Part shown: in pieces, positions 49,485 to 62,916 of the stretch
Numbering within the stretch: position 1 is the first letter of the stretch
How the letters are laid out: every line of letters starts with the position of its first letter
DNA from: Haliotis cracherodii
Lineage: Eukaryota
DNA length: 64,000 nucleotides
Assembly: GCF_022045235.1 (NCBI RefSeq)
Contig: NW_027266271.1
Span: 26,908,001-26,972,000 of the forward strand
Direction: 5' to 3'
The notes under the pieces: generated by a model
The model's database searches: none
Seen by the model: the letters and a program-made list of their open reading frames with translations, nothing else
Told to the model about the DNA's origin: nothing
Translations under genes and position numbers: made by a program

Positions 49485-52400
49485 GGACTACAGATCACCA
49501 GCAATCAAAGGTATACATAGATCACCATACTAGGGACTAAAGGTACTTTTGCTTCCTGTATGGACCCCAGCAGGATCATTTCTTGAGTTGGCGATTAGTG
49601 ACAAATTTCGCCGAATTTAAAGAACACATATTCTGCGATTAAAACCGTGGTAGTAATATACTTTGATGGACGTGGTCTTATGTACCTTCGCCGGGCGACA
49701 GTCCTTTTATGCTACTTCAACCCAATTCTGGGTACAGCAATAAACAATCTAAGTTATTAAATTTATTCTACCAATATTAAAAAGTCATTCATTTTATACA
49801 GGTCGAAGTAATCAAAAGTTATGACAGAATTCTATTTCGATAAAAAAAAACATGTTATTAAATCAATGCTAATATTTGTAAAAAGATCCTTCAGAGATAA
49901 TGATTTGAAATGTTTACCCCATGTAATGACAAAAAATACAGCAAATCATGTCCTGCTTGACTGTGATTCTCTCATCACAATGGATACAAATAAATCATTT
50001 CAATATTCATGTGTACATATGCTGTGGTCAATACGACATCATCGTATGATGACCTCTTCCAGTCTGGAGATACAACCAAAGTAGGTGTAACCGATATTTG
50101 GTTTTATTTCATGTAGTTTGTTTATACATACTTGCGTGTCCCACTTCTTTTGCATGAGATCTCTGATGTAAAATCTAATGACAGGTTTGTAATCACTGTC
50201 AGGAATCAGTGGTGGTGTCATAGATTTGTTGTGTTCTACTTAGCAGCAGCAGCAGCCATTGTGTTACCATTGATTCCAACAAGGCTGGGTAACTAACAGA
50301 AAACGATTGACCAGTAGAAAGTTCATTATATAATTCAATAATTTCGATTAAAAGTGGATGCTTACATGATATATATTTAATAGCCTGAAGACACGAGAGA
50401 GTCCGAAAATAATATGAGTTATGTTTATATTGTTTATATTTCAGAGCTGTAAATATTTAACGTCACATCGGCAGTATCTCAGCCATATCGTGACGAGAAG
50501 TTATACATTAATAACATATATTTAGACTAAATAAAAAACTGTCAACAATGGACAGGACAATAAGTAGAATATCACAGATTCGATTTAAAACTAGTGAGAA
50601 TATTTAAAAGCAGAGAGTTAACAACACAATATAAAAATGAACTAGAGATCACCAGTCACTGAAGGGTGATCACCATACAAGGGATCATGGGGACGTACAG
50701 TACCTTTGCTTCCCACATGGACCCCAGCAGGATTCTATCACCCTACAGTCACTGGCAACAGTGTAACAGTTAAGCCTAAGATGGAAATGACGACAATACT
50801 GCGTTTAAAAGTCTGGCGTGCACAAATGTACTGCGAATGATGCGGAACTTCCATACCCTCTTGGGGGGACAATAATGTTACGCTACTTCAACCCCCCTCG
50901 AGGGTACAGCCACTTACAATATGTTACAAGTTAGCACTACCAGTATATAAAATAACACATTATGTACATCAACATTTATTAATTGATTCTATTTTGTATA
51001 AAAAGCACAATATTAAATGACAATTTACCTGACTAAAAGGTCCTTGACTGTTTTTACACTGAAATATTTATTCCTGGTGATGGAAAAATCAACATAGTCG
51101 TAAGGAATCAGTGGTTGTGTCACAGATTTGTTGTGTGCTGCTTCACAGGTTTGTAATCATTGTAAGGAATTGGAAGTGGTGTCACAGATTTGTTGTGTGT
51201 TGGTTAGCAGCAGTATCAGCCATTGTGTTACCAATGATTCCAACATACCTGGGTAACCAACAGAAAATGATGTCGTATTGGTCAGTAGCAAGTTCATCAT
51301 ACAATTGAATAATTTCGATTTAAAGGGGATGCTTACATGTTATATTTTAATAGCCTGAAGATTAATAGCCTGCTCAGATTGTTTATATTTCAGAGCTGTT
51401 AAAATGGCATTGGATTCGGCTCTACAAATATACCTATTATCTGGTAATCAAGACGGTGGTGCTGGTAACCACGTCACAATCCATGGATCCATCTGTAAAT
51501 ATAGATTCATAAGTGTTTATGTGTTCCGCAACTGATTATATTCTTGTTGGTACAGTAGTTGTATGTTTCTGATTTCTTAGTTTAGTTAATGACAGGTCAA
51601 CCTGTCAGACATTCAGACATTTTTTTGTGTTGTAAAACGGTTAAATGGTGATCAGTGATAATACCCAAGAAGTTGGCCTCTTTTACAACTTTTAACGGAG
51701 TGCTATCTAAAACTAAATCAGGGTCTTTATGAGGTTTGTATTTCCCATAAACGTGTGTGCAATTTGTTTTGGAGTTTGAAAATTTAAAACCATTTTCTAA
51801 CGATAATTTATTATCTTATTTTGACACTGTTGTAACTGTCTTATTTAAACATAATTAAAGTTGCCTTTCAACAGTATGCATGTTTTTACCACTACATGAT
51901 ATGTTAAAATCATCCACTAAAAGTGATCCATCAAGTGAATCGTTTAAGACTTTTTGGAAAGTCTATTTATTTTTATGCTGAACAATGTAACAAATAAGAT
52001 ACTGCCCTGTGGGACATCTTGATTATACTGAACACACATGGTTGAATCCTCAAGAACTTGAAATTGTTTGTCTGTTAAAAAATGGATATAAATTGATACA
52101 AAAGGGCGCGCAACCCAAAGTCATGTAAGTCTTATAAAATACCATGCTTCCATGTACTGACATACGCTGTTTGTAAATAAAAAACGATAGACACTGCATG
52201 CTGTTTGTTTATATCAAATGACACCAAGTGAACTAAATGGTCAATAGTAATGCGAGTAGGTCAGGGAAGAGGTGGTAGTGGTTGATTCACCTTTAAACAG
52301 ATTTTAAGCTTCTCAGAATGAGATATCTTTGGTATATTTAATTTCAGGATTTTAGTCTGTGTCACAAAAGAGGGGGTATGATTTCGAAGAGTACATGTGG

Positions 52401-53195
52401 TCACCACTGCAATTTGCACATTTGATGTTATCTGTGCAACCAGCGCCATCATGCTGCTTACTGCAGTGGGAGCAAATTGCTGAGTTATGACAGGACTTAG
52501 CTCCATGTCCAAACTGCTGAAATTTAAACCACAGAGTTCATTTGGTATGTACACATCCAATCCGATGTTGAAATATCCAGCTTTGATTGATGCAGGCCTT
52601 TAATTTGTTTAAAAAGGTACGTTTGGGTTTTAATAAGATTGTCGCCATCTTTTTGTATGAACCGATTTAGAGATATTACGCCTTCAGGTTTCAGCTCTGC
52701 TGCAATTTCCTCTTCTGACATGTTTGAAAGGCACTTGGCACGGTCGCGTACAATGCCCCGACATTAACTGAGAGTTTTGCGCACTGAGACAACAATCTCA
52801 GTATTTGCGAAATAATGTGCTTGGAGACGGTTTAGAGATTGTTGCCTCTGTGCAAACTCCACAAGCCGTGAACCAGACTGGGGACGAGTAGCATTTTTGA
52901 CAGTACCACATATTCCTTGAAAAGATTTGAAAACTACGAAGGGGTTGATTTTAAGGGGTTCAACAACCAGATATCGTGACCAAGAGTCAACACTGAATAT
53001 AGATTCCTCATCAGAAGACACACCAGTGTCTGTATCAATATGCCTTCTTCAGTCACCAGAAGACAAATAGCGCCCAGAGGTCAATAATGCCAGATTGATC
53101 CATGATCCAAAATGATTTAGATAACATGGTACTTAAGATCCCAATATGTCATGTTCATGTTTGAAATTCACGTTGTCCCTGCACAAGGCATGGCC
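49485..53195 (-). mobile_element. Fragmented and nested I/Nimb-like LINE copies
   Basis: ORF1 fragments 52261-53021 (SWSRYLVVE...KINPF...QSGSRLVE), RT remnant with GSLLVDDF at ~51920, RNase H-region repeats, and a second 3' tail at ~50455. Homologous to 32149-37742. Confidence 0.8.
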
Positions 53196-53439
53196 GATTG
53201 AAGGACACATGACCAAGATGGCGGCAGCAGGTCGATTTTCAAACCCACTGAAAAATATTCTTTCATCAAACGGGGATTGTGAACCCAATCTATAAAGGGA
53301 AGGGCAATCGCCTAGACCCTAATTCATACAGACCTATAACTACATTGAGTTGCTTCCGTATCGGCAAACTCTCCACCCAAATATTTGATAACAGATTAAC
53401 TAAATTTGTTGATGATAATAACATGTGAAATCCTGCGCA

Positions 53440-54335
53440 AGCAAGTTTTAGAAAAGTGTTTTCTACTTGTGATATCACCATTGCAATGCAAATGTTGATG
53501 CAAATAATGGAAATATAAAAAAAAGAAATTACATTCGGTTTTTATAGATTTCACTAAAGCATTCGATAAAGTTGGTCTATAGCATAAACTTCAAAAACTT
53601 GGAATAGAAGGTAGGTTTTTTAACCCTGGTCAAGAACATGTACCACAACATCAAATCTACAATTAGCATTAATAACCAGTTCTCTGACGATTTCATTTGT
53701 CATGATGGTGTACGACTGGGTGAGAACCTTACCCTCTCCTATTTTCATTAATGATAAACAACATCTGCTGCAATGACCTTGGAAATCTGATCGATACTAA
53801 CCTTACTGTATTTTTCAAGCTCCTAATACTGCTCTAGGCTGATGACACAGTTATAATAAGTGATAACCCTAAAGACCTACAAAAATCGTTAAATCAATTA
53901 TCCGACTACTGTGCTCTATGGAAGTTAAATGATAATCTAACAAAAACATAAGTTGTGATCTTTGGTGCCGGACCTGCAAACAAATCGAAATTATGTTTCA
54001 CAATTGGCCACGACCCTATCGAAACTGTAGATTCATATAACTAACTACCTTGGCCTAAATATACACAGGAATAGACGATGTATACAAGCAGTCAAATCTC
54101 GGTCAGAAAACGCAACTAAAGCCATGTTCAGCCTACTCATGAAGCCCCGAAATGTTACTTTGCCATTAGATTGCCTCTTATCTGCCTTTGATGAAATCGT
54201 TGTCCCTTTACTATTATATGGTGTCGAGATCTGGGGATACGAGAATCTAACAATTATAGAAAGGGTTCATCTAAAGTTTCTTAAATTAGTTACTGGACTG
54301 AAAAGCATAAGTCCAAGCTTTATTGTGTACAGCGA
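53440..54335 (+). mobile_element. RTE-X-like LINE RT fragment
   Basis: FIDFTKAFDKV, GVRLGENL, LL*ADD and PLLLYGVEIWG...IERVHLKFLK. Confidence 0.8.
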
Positions 54336-54403
54336 ATGGGATATTGGACACTGTTCCTGGCTCAAGTGCCCTCAACCACCAGATTACCTTCTTCCACCGA
54401 CAT

Positions 54404-54755
54404 GACCGCCCCTGTAGTCTAGTAGTAGCGCGTCCGCCCGGGGAGCGGAAGTCCCGGGGTTCGAACCCCGACCGCGTCATACCAAAAGACGTTAAAAGAT
54501 GGTACTTGTTGTCATCCTGTCTGGCGCTCGGCATTAAGGGGCTAAAACAAGGACTCGTAGGCTCGGAGTCAGTATACTGGGTCTTAGTGGGGGTATTCAT
54601 GTTCAACTGCGGCATGGTATCTCAGTGGGTTAGCACTATAAATCGTCATCAGTCCGGATTAGTACAAGCAGCCACATACACACGTGCATGCACGTCGCAA
54701 TATAATTATAAGTACAATAAATTTTGACGCGACGTTAAACCCCATTTCACCTCAC
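54404..54755 (+). mobile_element. SINE family C, full length
   Basis: tRNA head with A box and GGTTCGAACCCC B box, conserved core and (CACCT) tail. Confidence 0.85.
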
Positions 54756-54812
54756 CGTCCACAGACATAGGGACGCAACCCACGACAAACTGCAATCTCA
54801 ATGTAGCGATGT

Positions 54813-55591
54813 GACCCGTGAAGATCCGGGGTTTAATAGGTCTTCAACGACCCATTCTTGCCGTAAAAGGAATTTTCCCGAGGCAAGAGAGTTAAATGAC
54901 TATAAAAGTCCAGTTTCCATCCTTGCCGAACAAGGCTGGTATTATGGACTTATGCATAGTCCAATCAAAATCGCGCAATGAAATCGAAATCCGGTTCGGA
55001 AACTGAAATTGAGATTATGATTGATTGCAGGGTTTGCAAAGCATGTGCAACAGATATTTTCCAAATCTTTTCATACTTTTAGTCAAGGTGCTCAAGTGAT
55101 TTGATGAACTTCGCGATGTAAGACCCGTTTTATCACAATATAGATCTTGATTATTGATCAGATCGTCTTTACTGTAAGCCGCCATTTTGTGTGAAGCAAA
55201 AGCAAGTGATACGACAGGTGGAATCTGATTGGTCTATAGGAGAGGCATAGAGGGACATAACTCGTAATAGTCACTGGTGGCCCTACGATCGAGCCCAGGA
55301 ATTCTAGCCTAGTTCGGCAAGGGTGGAAACTGGGATTTTAACGTCAGTTAGCTCTGTTGCCTCGGGAAGATAGTAAAAGGCGACTATGCTTGTCGGAAGA
55401 GGCAACCAACTGCATCGGATGGTCAGGCTCGCTGACTTGGTTGAAGCACTACATCGATCCCAATTGTGTGGAGCGATGCTCATGATATCAATCACTGGAT
55501 TGTCTGGTCAAGACTCGATTATTTACAGACTGCCCTCATATAGCTGGAATATTGCTGAGTGCGGCGTAAAACAACCATCCAACCAACCAAC
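54813..55591 (+). mobile_element. Non-tRNA short retroelement (family D) interrupted by a MITE
   Basis: TSD CAATGTAGCGATGT, head ACCCGTGAAGATCCGGGG, tail TAGCTGGAATATTGCTGAGTGCGGCGTAAAAC...(CCAA)n. The site is empty at ~38008. Confidence 0.8.
54869..55372. mobile_element. MITE with ~70-bp terminal inverted repeats
   Basis: TTCCCGAGGCAA...CCAGTTTCCATCCTTGCCGAAC versus GTTCGGCAAGGGTGGAAACTGG...TTGCCTCGGGAA. Confidence 0.85.
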
Positions 55592-55793
55592 CAATGTAGC
55601 GATGTCTCCGAGTGAATGAGATCAAGCGTTATCTCGTGTAGAAGTTGTAGGTCGTATTTATAGGTATTGCAGTCGGTGCTGAAAAAAATACACCGACACT
55701 GGACATTCATACACTCAAGCATAACAACGACACTAAGAACGAAATATTTCAGTATTGAGCTGATTTAATAATACAATAAACAAATATGGAAAA

Positions 55794-58700
55794 TTACAAT
55801 TTTTTGTCCATTTTGCAAACCGGCAAAAAGGTCGTCTTGAGGAGGTCCAACCATGTCCTTTGAATACAAAAATTGGTTTGCACTTTCGATGCCTGAAATA
55901 TTAATATAATAATTATAAAATATCAACAGATAATATTATGTAAAACAAATACAAATGTACGAAAGTACAAGTTCGAATCCCGAGTTTGCCCCGATTATGT
56001 TTCCAGGTTTGTCAGCACCATACCCGTATTCGCTGGTTATACCGAAGTTGTAAACGTTTAAGGCCTTCGTCACTTTGGGCCTTCCTCCAACATTGAGCTG
56101 ACACGTCCTGACTAAACTGGAATACTGCTCAAAGTGTTAAATCAAACTCACTGACTCTTATTGTTGCCAAGCATATTCTACATGCATGAGCTTGCATTAG
56201 TTCAGATAAGACACTCCTTCGACAAACATCAAATAGTTATCTTGGCAAGCATTGGGAGGAAAAGGTGACAGTCATGACCCTTACTACGATGTTGGTCGAT
56301 ATCAAAAGTTTAACCTCATTTACACTCTTCAAAAAAAGAAACGCACAGGTAGTATGTAGTTCATGGAAGCTGACTACACTAAAAAATCCGGTATATAAAT
56401 TGGATATATGTTATTTGAAAATGTTGTTGGCCTGATATTCGACAAACGGTCCTTTTATACGCAGCCATGGTCAATGTCTTAAACGGCACTGTTATCACAC
56501 TGTCATTGAGGAAAACAGTAAAGCAAAATACACGTGTAACTAATGGCATTCGTAACTCTTGATAGTGGCTATAAAAAGGCAAGCATAAGCCAATAATTTG
56601 CCATTCAATTGTCAACATTTTTCAAGTTCGAAAATGCCGAGACTCGGCGCTGCCGATCGGAACATCGCCGCAGGACGAATCCAAAGAGGGGAATCGCAGT
56701 CTTCTGGTGCACGCCACTTCAACGTCCACCATAGCACAATTTGCCGCCTTTGGGGCCGATACACACAGTTCAATTCCACCCTGCACAGGATCGCAACATT
56801 CGACTGTTCCACCTACGTCATCGCAATGCCACAGCTACGGAGACTGCAGGACGCATCCCTGGTTTGAGGAGGATGTCGGACCAGACTGTCAGGAACCATC
56901 TTCGCGAGGCTGGAATCCATCCCAGAAGACCAGTTATCGTCCCTGTTTTGCAACAGATTCATCGACAGCGACGCATGCGTTGGTGCCACCTTACAGCCTT
57001 GGAATTTGGGAAATTGGAGATGAGTGTGGTTTAACGATGAATCACGATTTCCTCTTCACCAGCGTAATGGAAGACAACGTGTTTATCGTCGTCGAAATGA
57101 GCGTTTTGGCCAGAATTATGTACGTGAATTCGACAATTTCGGTGACGGTAGTGTCATATCCTACACCACGAGATCTGACTTGGTTGTGGTTCAGGGACAT
57201 TTGACAGCAAATCGCTACATGAATAAAATCCTTCAACTTCACCTTACTAATCATTGAAGCCAGAGGGAGCTGTTTCAACAGGACAACGCTCCAACGAACA
57301 CAGTTAGTGTCACGGTAGACTACCTTCATAATGCCAAAATCAACGACTTGCCCTGCCTGTCGAGATATCCAGACCCAATCGAACACCTCTGGAATGAACT
57401 CGATCGACATGTACGTCAACGTCAGAACACGCTGCAGACACTCCAAAAACTGGCCAACGCGTTACAAGTAGAATGGCGCAGAATTCCGCAGGACAGAATT
57501 CGTACACTTATCCAGTCAGTGCCGAGGAGATGTTGTGATTGCTGCCCGGGGTGGTCACACGAGATACTGAGTTCAGTGCAACCTTCTGTGACATGACAAT
57601 GAACAGTTTTCAATGCCTGTGTCCAACGACAACATGTGACTATCGAGCTCCAAAATTTCATATTTTTTTCTATTATATCAAATTACATATATCGATTAGG
57701 AACAATAATTTTACTAACAATCTACCTGCGCGTTTCTTGTTTTAAGGGGGTATGTAAATTAACAAAATACTTTGTCACTGACGGTCATGATGTTCACACT
57801 ACAGGTGGAGGACTAAGTTGATATGCGGTCTACGGTGAATCCTACAGTAACACTACTCAATTGCTACTTCATTTTGTGACGATTACCAAATAAGCCATAA
57901 GTCCAATGCTTCCTTTGTTGCCTTTGTTATGAGCTGAAGATGACTGAACCTTACACATCAAACTACACAATGGTATTAAGAGGGTTGCTGGTATGTTATT
58001 ACATTATATGTGTAACTTTTTAAGGATATAGTCCATCTGACGCTAGTATGAAGTAACTGTTATTACAGACTATTATCTTAATAAAAAGTGTTGTATATCA
58101 AACAACATTCAAGCAATTACCGTTTTACGGTAATCCACCAATTGCTTACGTACGGAAAACGAAAGCGAGTGGCCACTGATGTCACTGTATAAACATACAT
58201 AAACTGGCCTTCCGTAGGGATTCCTTACATATGTTTGTGTTTCTCGTCGCCAAGGGTTGCCGGGGAGGGGGATGAGTGATGGATGAGCAAAAAATAAAAA
58301 AAAAAAAACCAAGTAAAATAGGAGGTTCCCTATGGCCGAAGGTGGTGAAAGCTAACAATGTGAAACCAAAGGGTTTTGACGATGTGTGCCAAATATTAAA
58401 TTAAACATTTGTCTGGTCTACTATTGAGCGCAAATTGAAACCGAATAAACTCAACGTAAAAACATTTGGGAAAAGGATCTAAGAGGAAAGCACATGCAGA
58501 TATAAAACAACCGTCATATTGTAATTGAAAACATTCTTTCCCTTGACCTATTTCAAGTCATAAAAACTGCAAAAAAACAAGTTCGAATCAGTTCAGAAAT
58601 CATCCTAATTTTAAAACAGATATGTATCGTCTGACATGAAGTCTCGGGCGAATTGAAACGGGATACTTTTGTCTTGAAAATCTTTTTACACGGGTTTAGA

Positions 58701-61700
58701 TCTAAACAGATCATTAAATATGTTTATATCTATTAAATTAGAATCGCAGATGAGCACGATCTCCCTAATTCAATAAAGTTTAAATTTTATAACAAAGAAA
58801 TGCAAAATATCCCTTCCAAAGGGGAACCGATTTCATATTTGAAAAGCATTCATACAATAAATTCCTACAATATTCTCATGGAAATTTATATTAATCGTTT
58901 CCCCGAATTTCACAGATGAGCGAAAATAGGACAATTCAGCTATTTATTATTACAAGCACTGATTCAACTTAGGTTTCTGCAAAGAAATATTTAAATCAGA
59001 ATGTCTTGTATCTTCTTGTAATGAGACAGTAGATCAAAGTACGCACTTGTCTATAGTTTAACAGTGAGAAAGTTTTGACTACCCTGACGGTTTCGATTAT
59101 ATATATTTGTATGAAGTACGGAATAACAAAATAAACATACAAACAGGCGAAATAATGGTAAATGTTATCAAATTGGCTCACTGCAAGTAAGCCAGGCGTA
59201 CAGGATGATGAAGGGAAACTTGGACAGGATGTGATGGTTCAGAGTCAATCTTTTTGAGGTACAAAGTCACTTTAACTCTCTTATCGTTCAGTGAATCACC
59301 AAAGATAGTAGGCCGGAGGGTTTCAAAATTGGTAGCAAGTTATGTCTACTTTAACGGACAAGGTAGCACCACCCTCAAACTTCACATATATGACAGAGGC
59401 CCGCCTGTGTGATTGCCAGACCCAGTCGCAGGTGCTTTCTCAAACATCAACACCGCTCCCTGCTTTATATGTGAACTAGTGTGGAAGCGAATTCTATTTG
59501 ACAAAACACAGAAATAAATGTAGCAAAGAGTTTGGTTTCAAGAATCGAGATACAAATGCTGATGGACGGTGAGAAATTTCGGAATATATGATATTTGTAT
59601 TCTTTCGGCGGGAGGGAATTTTGCATGCGGCGGGACATGAGAAACACGACAATGAGGACGCCTTAAAAGAAATAGCACATTTATATTTATCAGACATAGT
59701 AATGTATTTTTAAACGTTAAATGCTATTAATGATTGTTCTCTTTCCCAAATGATTCGTCCATACACCTCAACAGTGAAAGTATTAATTTGCTTACATTAA
59801 AGCCACAAATTACCTGTCGCCATGGAAAATCACTATTATGATTATAGTTGAAACGAATTTCTTGACCAGTTTTGATGAATCTGTGAGCGAAGTAGGCAAT
59901 GTGAAGTCGCCCGTCCGCAAAAAGTAATCTTGCCATAGCATTTGGGTAACGCCACTCATCATTCAGGAGACGACCATAGGATCCATCTTCTTGGGAACCA
60001 TCGATCCTTTTAATATGGAAATACATAAAATATTACAGCTTGAAAAATGATACTAGGAAGCTTTGATCCGTGCAATAAGAAAACACGCAAACAGTAACAG
60101 CGTGGTAAATGAATTGAGGCAGCATCAATTTGAGTATGAAAATACACAAAATATCTTAGGCCGGACAATACACTTATACATCTGAGACGTTCTAGGATTA
60201 GGCTTACTTTTCATTATATAATGTAGAGCTGGTGCATTATACTGCCTTGCTTTGATACAATCCACCTTGGGGCATTTTTAACTGAGATTTGTATTACTAG
60301 TTTTCAGAGGGGAAAGACATCTCCGATGCTTACCAAAAGGTGCGACCGTCGTAAGGCAGTTCAAAGGTGTACTCGTCTATTATTGGCTTCTTTACACAAT
60401 ATTTACCATGGTAGTAGGTAATGAAATCGCCTGGGGCAAAATCCTTGCCAGCAACTATCCCCCTTCCTGAGAACAAACAATCAACTCTGTAGTGTAACAT
60501 TAAACGTTACCTCATCAATTGATAGGGGGCACTGGTGGCCCAGGCGTCTAAGGCGCCGCGATTGGCTGTGCAGAGTTGCGTCCCTTGGGCATGCCTGAAA
60601 CCTATGATTGTTGGTTCGAATCCCGGTTCGCCCCGATTATGGGTTTCACCGAAGTGGTAAACGTCTGAGACCTGCATCACTTCGGGCTTTCCTCCCACAT
60701 TACGCCGTAGTATAACTGGAATACTGTTAAAAGCGGCGTTAAACCCAACTCACTCACTCACTCATCAATTGATACACGATAGAGGCTTGTTAACCATGCT
60801 AATGACGTAACATAATTATCTTCGCGTGCCTTGTGTCAATACGTTTGCAAATCCGTGGACACAGGACAATAAGTCTTTAAGAGTCATGATTGCAAAGATT
60901 TGAATATAGTACTTGAATAAAATTAACAAAGTAAATAGTCCTTTAAGATACACAACGCTACAAGTTCAATGGGGCAAAATCGTATTCGTCTCCCAAAAGA
61001 AATTGCAAAGTTTCGTGTTTGTCTTTTGGAAGACAGTAGGAAGATGCAGGTTTTGATATACTTATATATGTTCAACAATAGTACAAGTACTCCAATGAAT
61101 AAGATTTCTAGCAAAACTTATACCATAATATTACTGGAAAATACGTGGTAGCATTTTGGAACAAGCATAAATACAATTAGGGTGGCACATCTATAATTAC
61201 AGTTGTTACGACACAGGTACAGGCTGAACATAGCTTATCACTTCATTGCTTGGTGAGTTAAACATTCCCCTAAACTTGTGACGCTACCTCTTATGCTATT
61301 ATGTAATACTGTAGTTGTATAATGGTGAACCCTTTACCGAATGAAGTATTCATTTATTTAGTAGGCACAACATAGGTATAGTTTCAGTTGTCACAGAAAA
61401 AGACATAGTGACAGTTTTTTTACGACAAACGCTGGGAAGCATAAACCACAAAACCAAGCTACTGCAATGAAATACACTACCAATCGGATGTCCAAGGTGA
61501 GCTATACGAAGGTATGAAGGCGACATGTCGGATCGTCGGATAGCTGCCCTTGCTTCCTTGATCTGCTGTCTTGTATGCTGGGAGGAAGGACAAGGATGAT
61601 ACTTGTAATACATCAGGTCAAGCTAAGTTCAGATTCAAGTAATCAGTTTTATAGGACGAAACATAAGCACAAAACACAGTAGTTGTAAGACGATATGAAA

Positions 61701-62916
61701 TAGGGTAATATTGCAACTAGTTATAATTACAATCGGAAGATTCTGCAATGTTCTCCTTGAGGGATGCTCATAGGCTCTGGTATGGATATCTATGAACGGA
61801 ACGATTTTAAGCATCTTTATATCGTCCCAAGGCGAGCTATACGAAGGTATAAAGGCAACATGTCTGATCGTCGGATAGGTGCCCTTGCTTCCTTAATCTG
61901 TTGCCTGGTATGCGGGGAGGAGAAACAGATAACGATAAAATGTGTATTACTTCAGTTCCGATTCAAGTTATCAGTTTCGATGTGGATATAGTTTTACAGA
62001 AAGAAATATCTGTACATATCACGGTAGTTGTAGTATCTTTGAAATGAAATACGGTGATGTTGAATATGAAATATAAGATACTTTGAGCGATAAATCGCAA
62101 AAAAAAAACGAAAAACGAAGCGTGGTTTATTTCACGATAAAATATTGTTCTATCACAACGTTTTTTCTGGGGATTTGAACACGCTCGCAACTTGATGACG
62201 TCTTATTGGACGACGTTATAGTTTTAGAGGGAAGTGCCTAGTGAGTTGTTCCCCATAGATGTAGCTGGGCTAAGCAGATATACGCTATGGTCGAAACGAT
62301 CGCATCAAAAAGTGAGCGAGACACGACAATCGCCATTGGGAGAAAAGGTGCAGATAATGACGTGAAAATTGTGAGAGTATAAAATCTCCTGTACATAAAA
62401 TGGACATGTCCATGTCCATGTCCATGTGATTGTAATCAGAGAGTCACGTAAGAAAAAAAAGACTCGTGGACGTTGTTCATCGGACACCAAAACACAGTGT
62501 TTTACTGTACGATAAACAACTCCAATTCGTCATTTATTCCGTAATTAAAATGACACTCGGCAGATTCTGCCATGTTCCCCTTGGAATACGCTCATCGTCT
62601 CTCATATTAATATCATTGATGAGTACGGTTTCAACCTCTATATATAAGTAGTCCCTCGGATGTGATAGGAATATAGATTAAACCCTCAATTAATTCCGAA
62701 ATCTCTCTCAACAATGTACTTCTTCTTTAAACAAAGTAAACACTGTTTACTGAGCAGGGGAATTTCACTCATCCACATCTCATGCTCACATCAATGAAGT
62801 CAATGCAAACATAAAAATACAGATAACAAACATACCTCAGCCACCGTCAGTGCCACACATTCATCCTTATTCCAAATTGTGAAGATAACCGTCACCAAGA
62901 TATACAGCCTATACAT
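55794..62916 (-). CDS. Gene E: signal peptide + SETD8-like SET protein (~200 aa, 5 exons)
   Basis: Exons 62916-62836 (MYRLYILVTVIFTIWNKDECVALTVAE), 61577-61481, 60466-60334, 60006-59814 (IDGSQEDGSYGRLLNDEW...QEIRFNY...FPWRQ) and 55892-55794 (ASKVQTNFCIQRTWLDLLKTTFLPVCKMDKKL*). GT-AG, open frame. Confidence 0.85.
56323..57750 (+). mobile_element. Tc1-family DNA transposon with frameshifted transposase
   Basis: TA|CACTCTTCAAAAAAAGAAACGCACAGGTAG and its inverted repeat ending |TA. Transposase ~56634-57570 has an HTH start MPRL, WFNDESRF, LFQQDNA and PDPIEHLW. The site is empty in paralogues (~38895, ~18860). Confidence 0.92.
60525..60760 (+). mobile_element. SINE family B, recent insertion
   Basis: TSD CTCATCAATTGATA (60511-60524 / 60761-60774). 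Confidence 0.9.
61820..61912 (-). pseudogene. Duplicated pre-SET exon (pseudoexon)
   Basis: HTRQQIKEARAPIRRSDMLPLYLRIARLGTI* with acceptor AG>CG and no donor. Further-decayed counterparts lie at ~42936-42997 and ~22520-22537. Confidence 0.85.

Noticed and set aside
62685-62726. Possible extra small exon (KKYIVERDFGIN) in intron 1 of C, D and E
   Set aside because: In-frame TGA in C and E and an incompatible phase in D. The conservation is explained by the duplication itself.
897-62916. Assigning the symbol KMT5A/SETD8
   Set aside because: Similarity is limited to the SET domain. The architecture, ND motif and multicopy state argue against orthology without a phylogeny.
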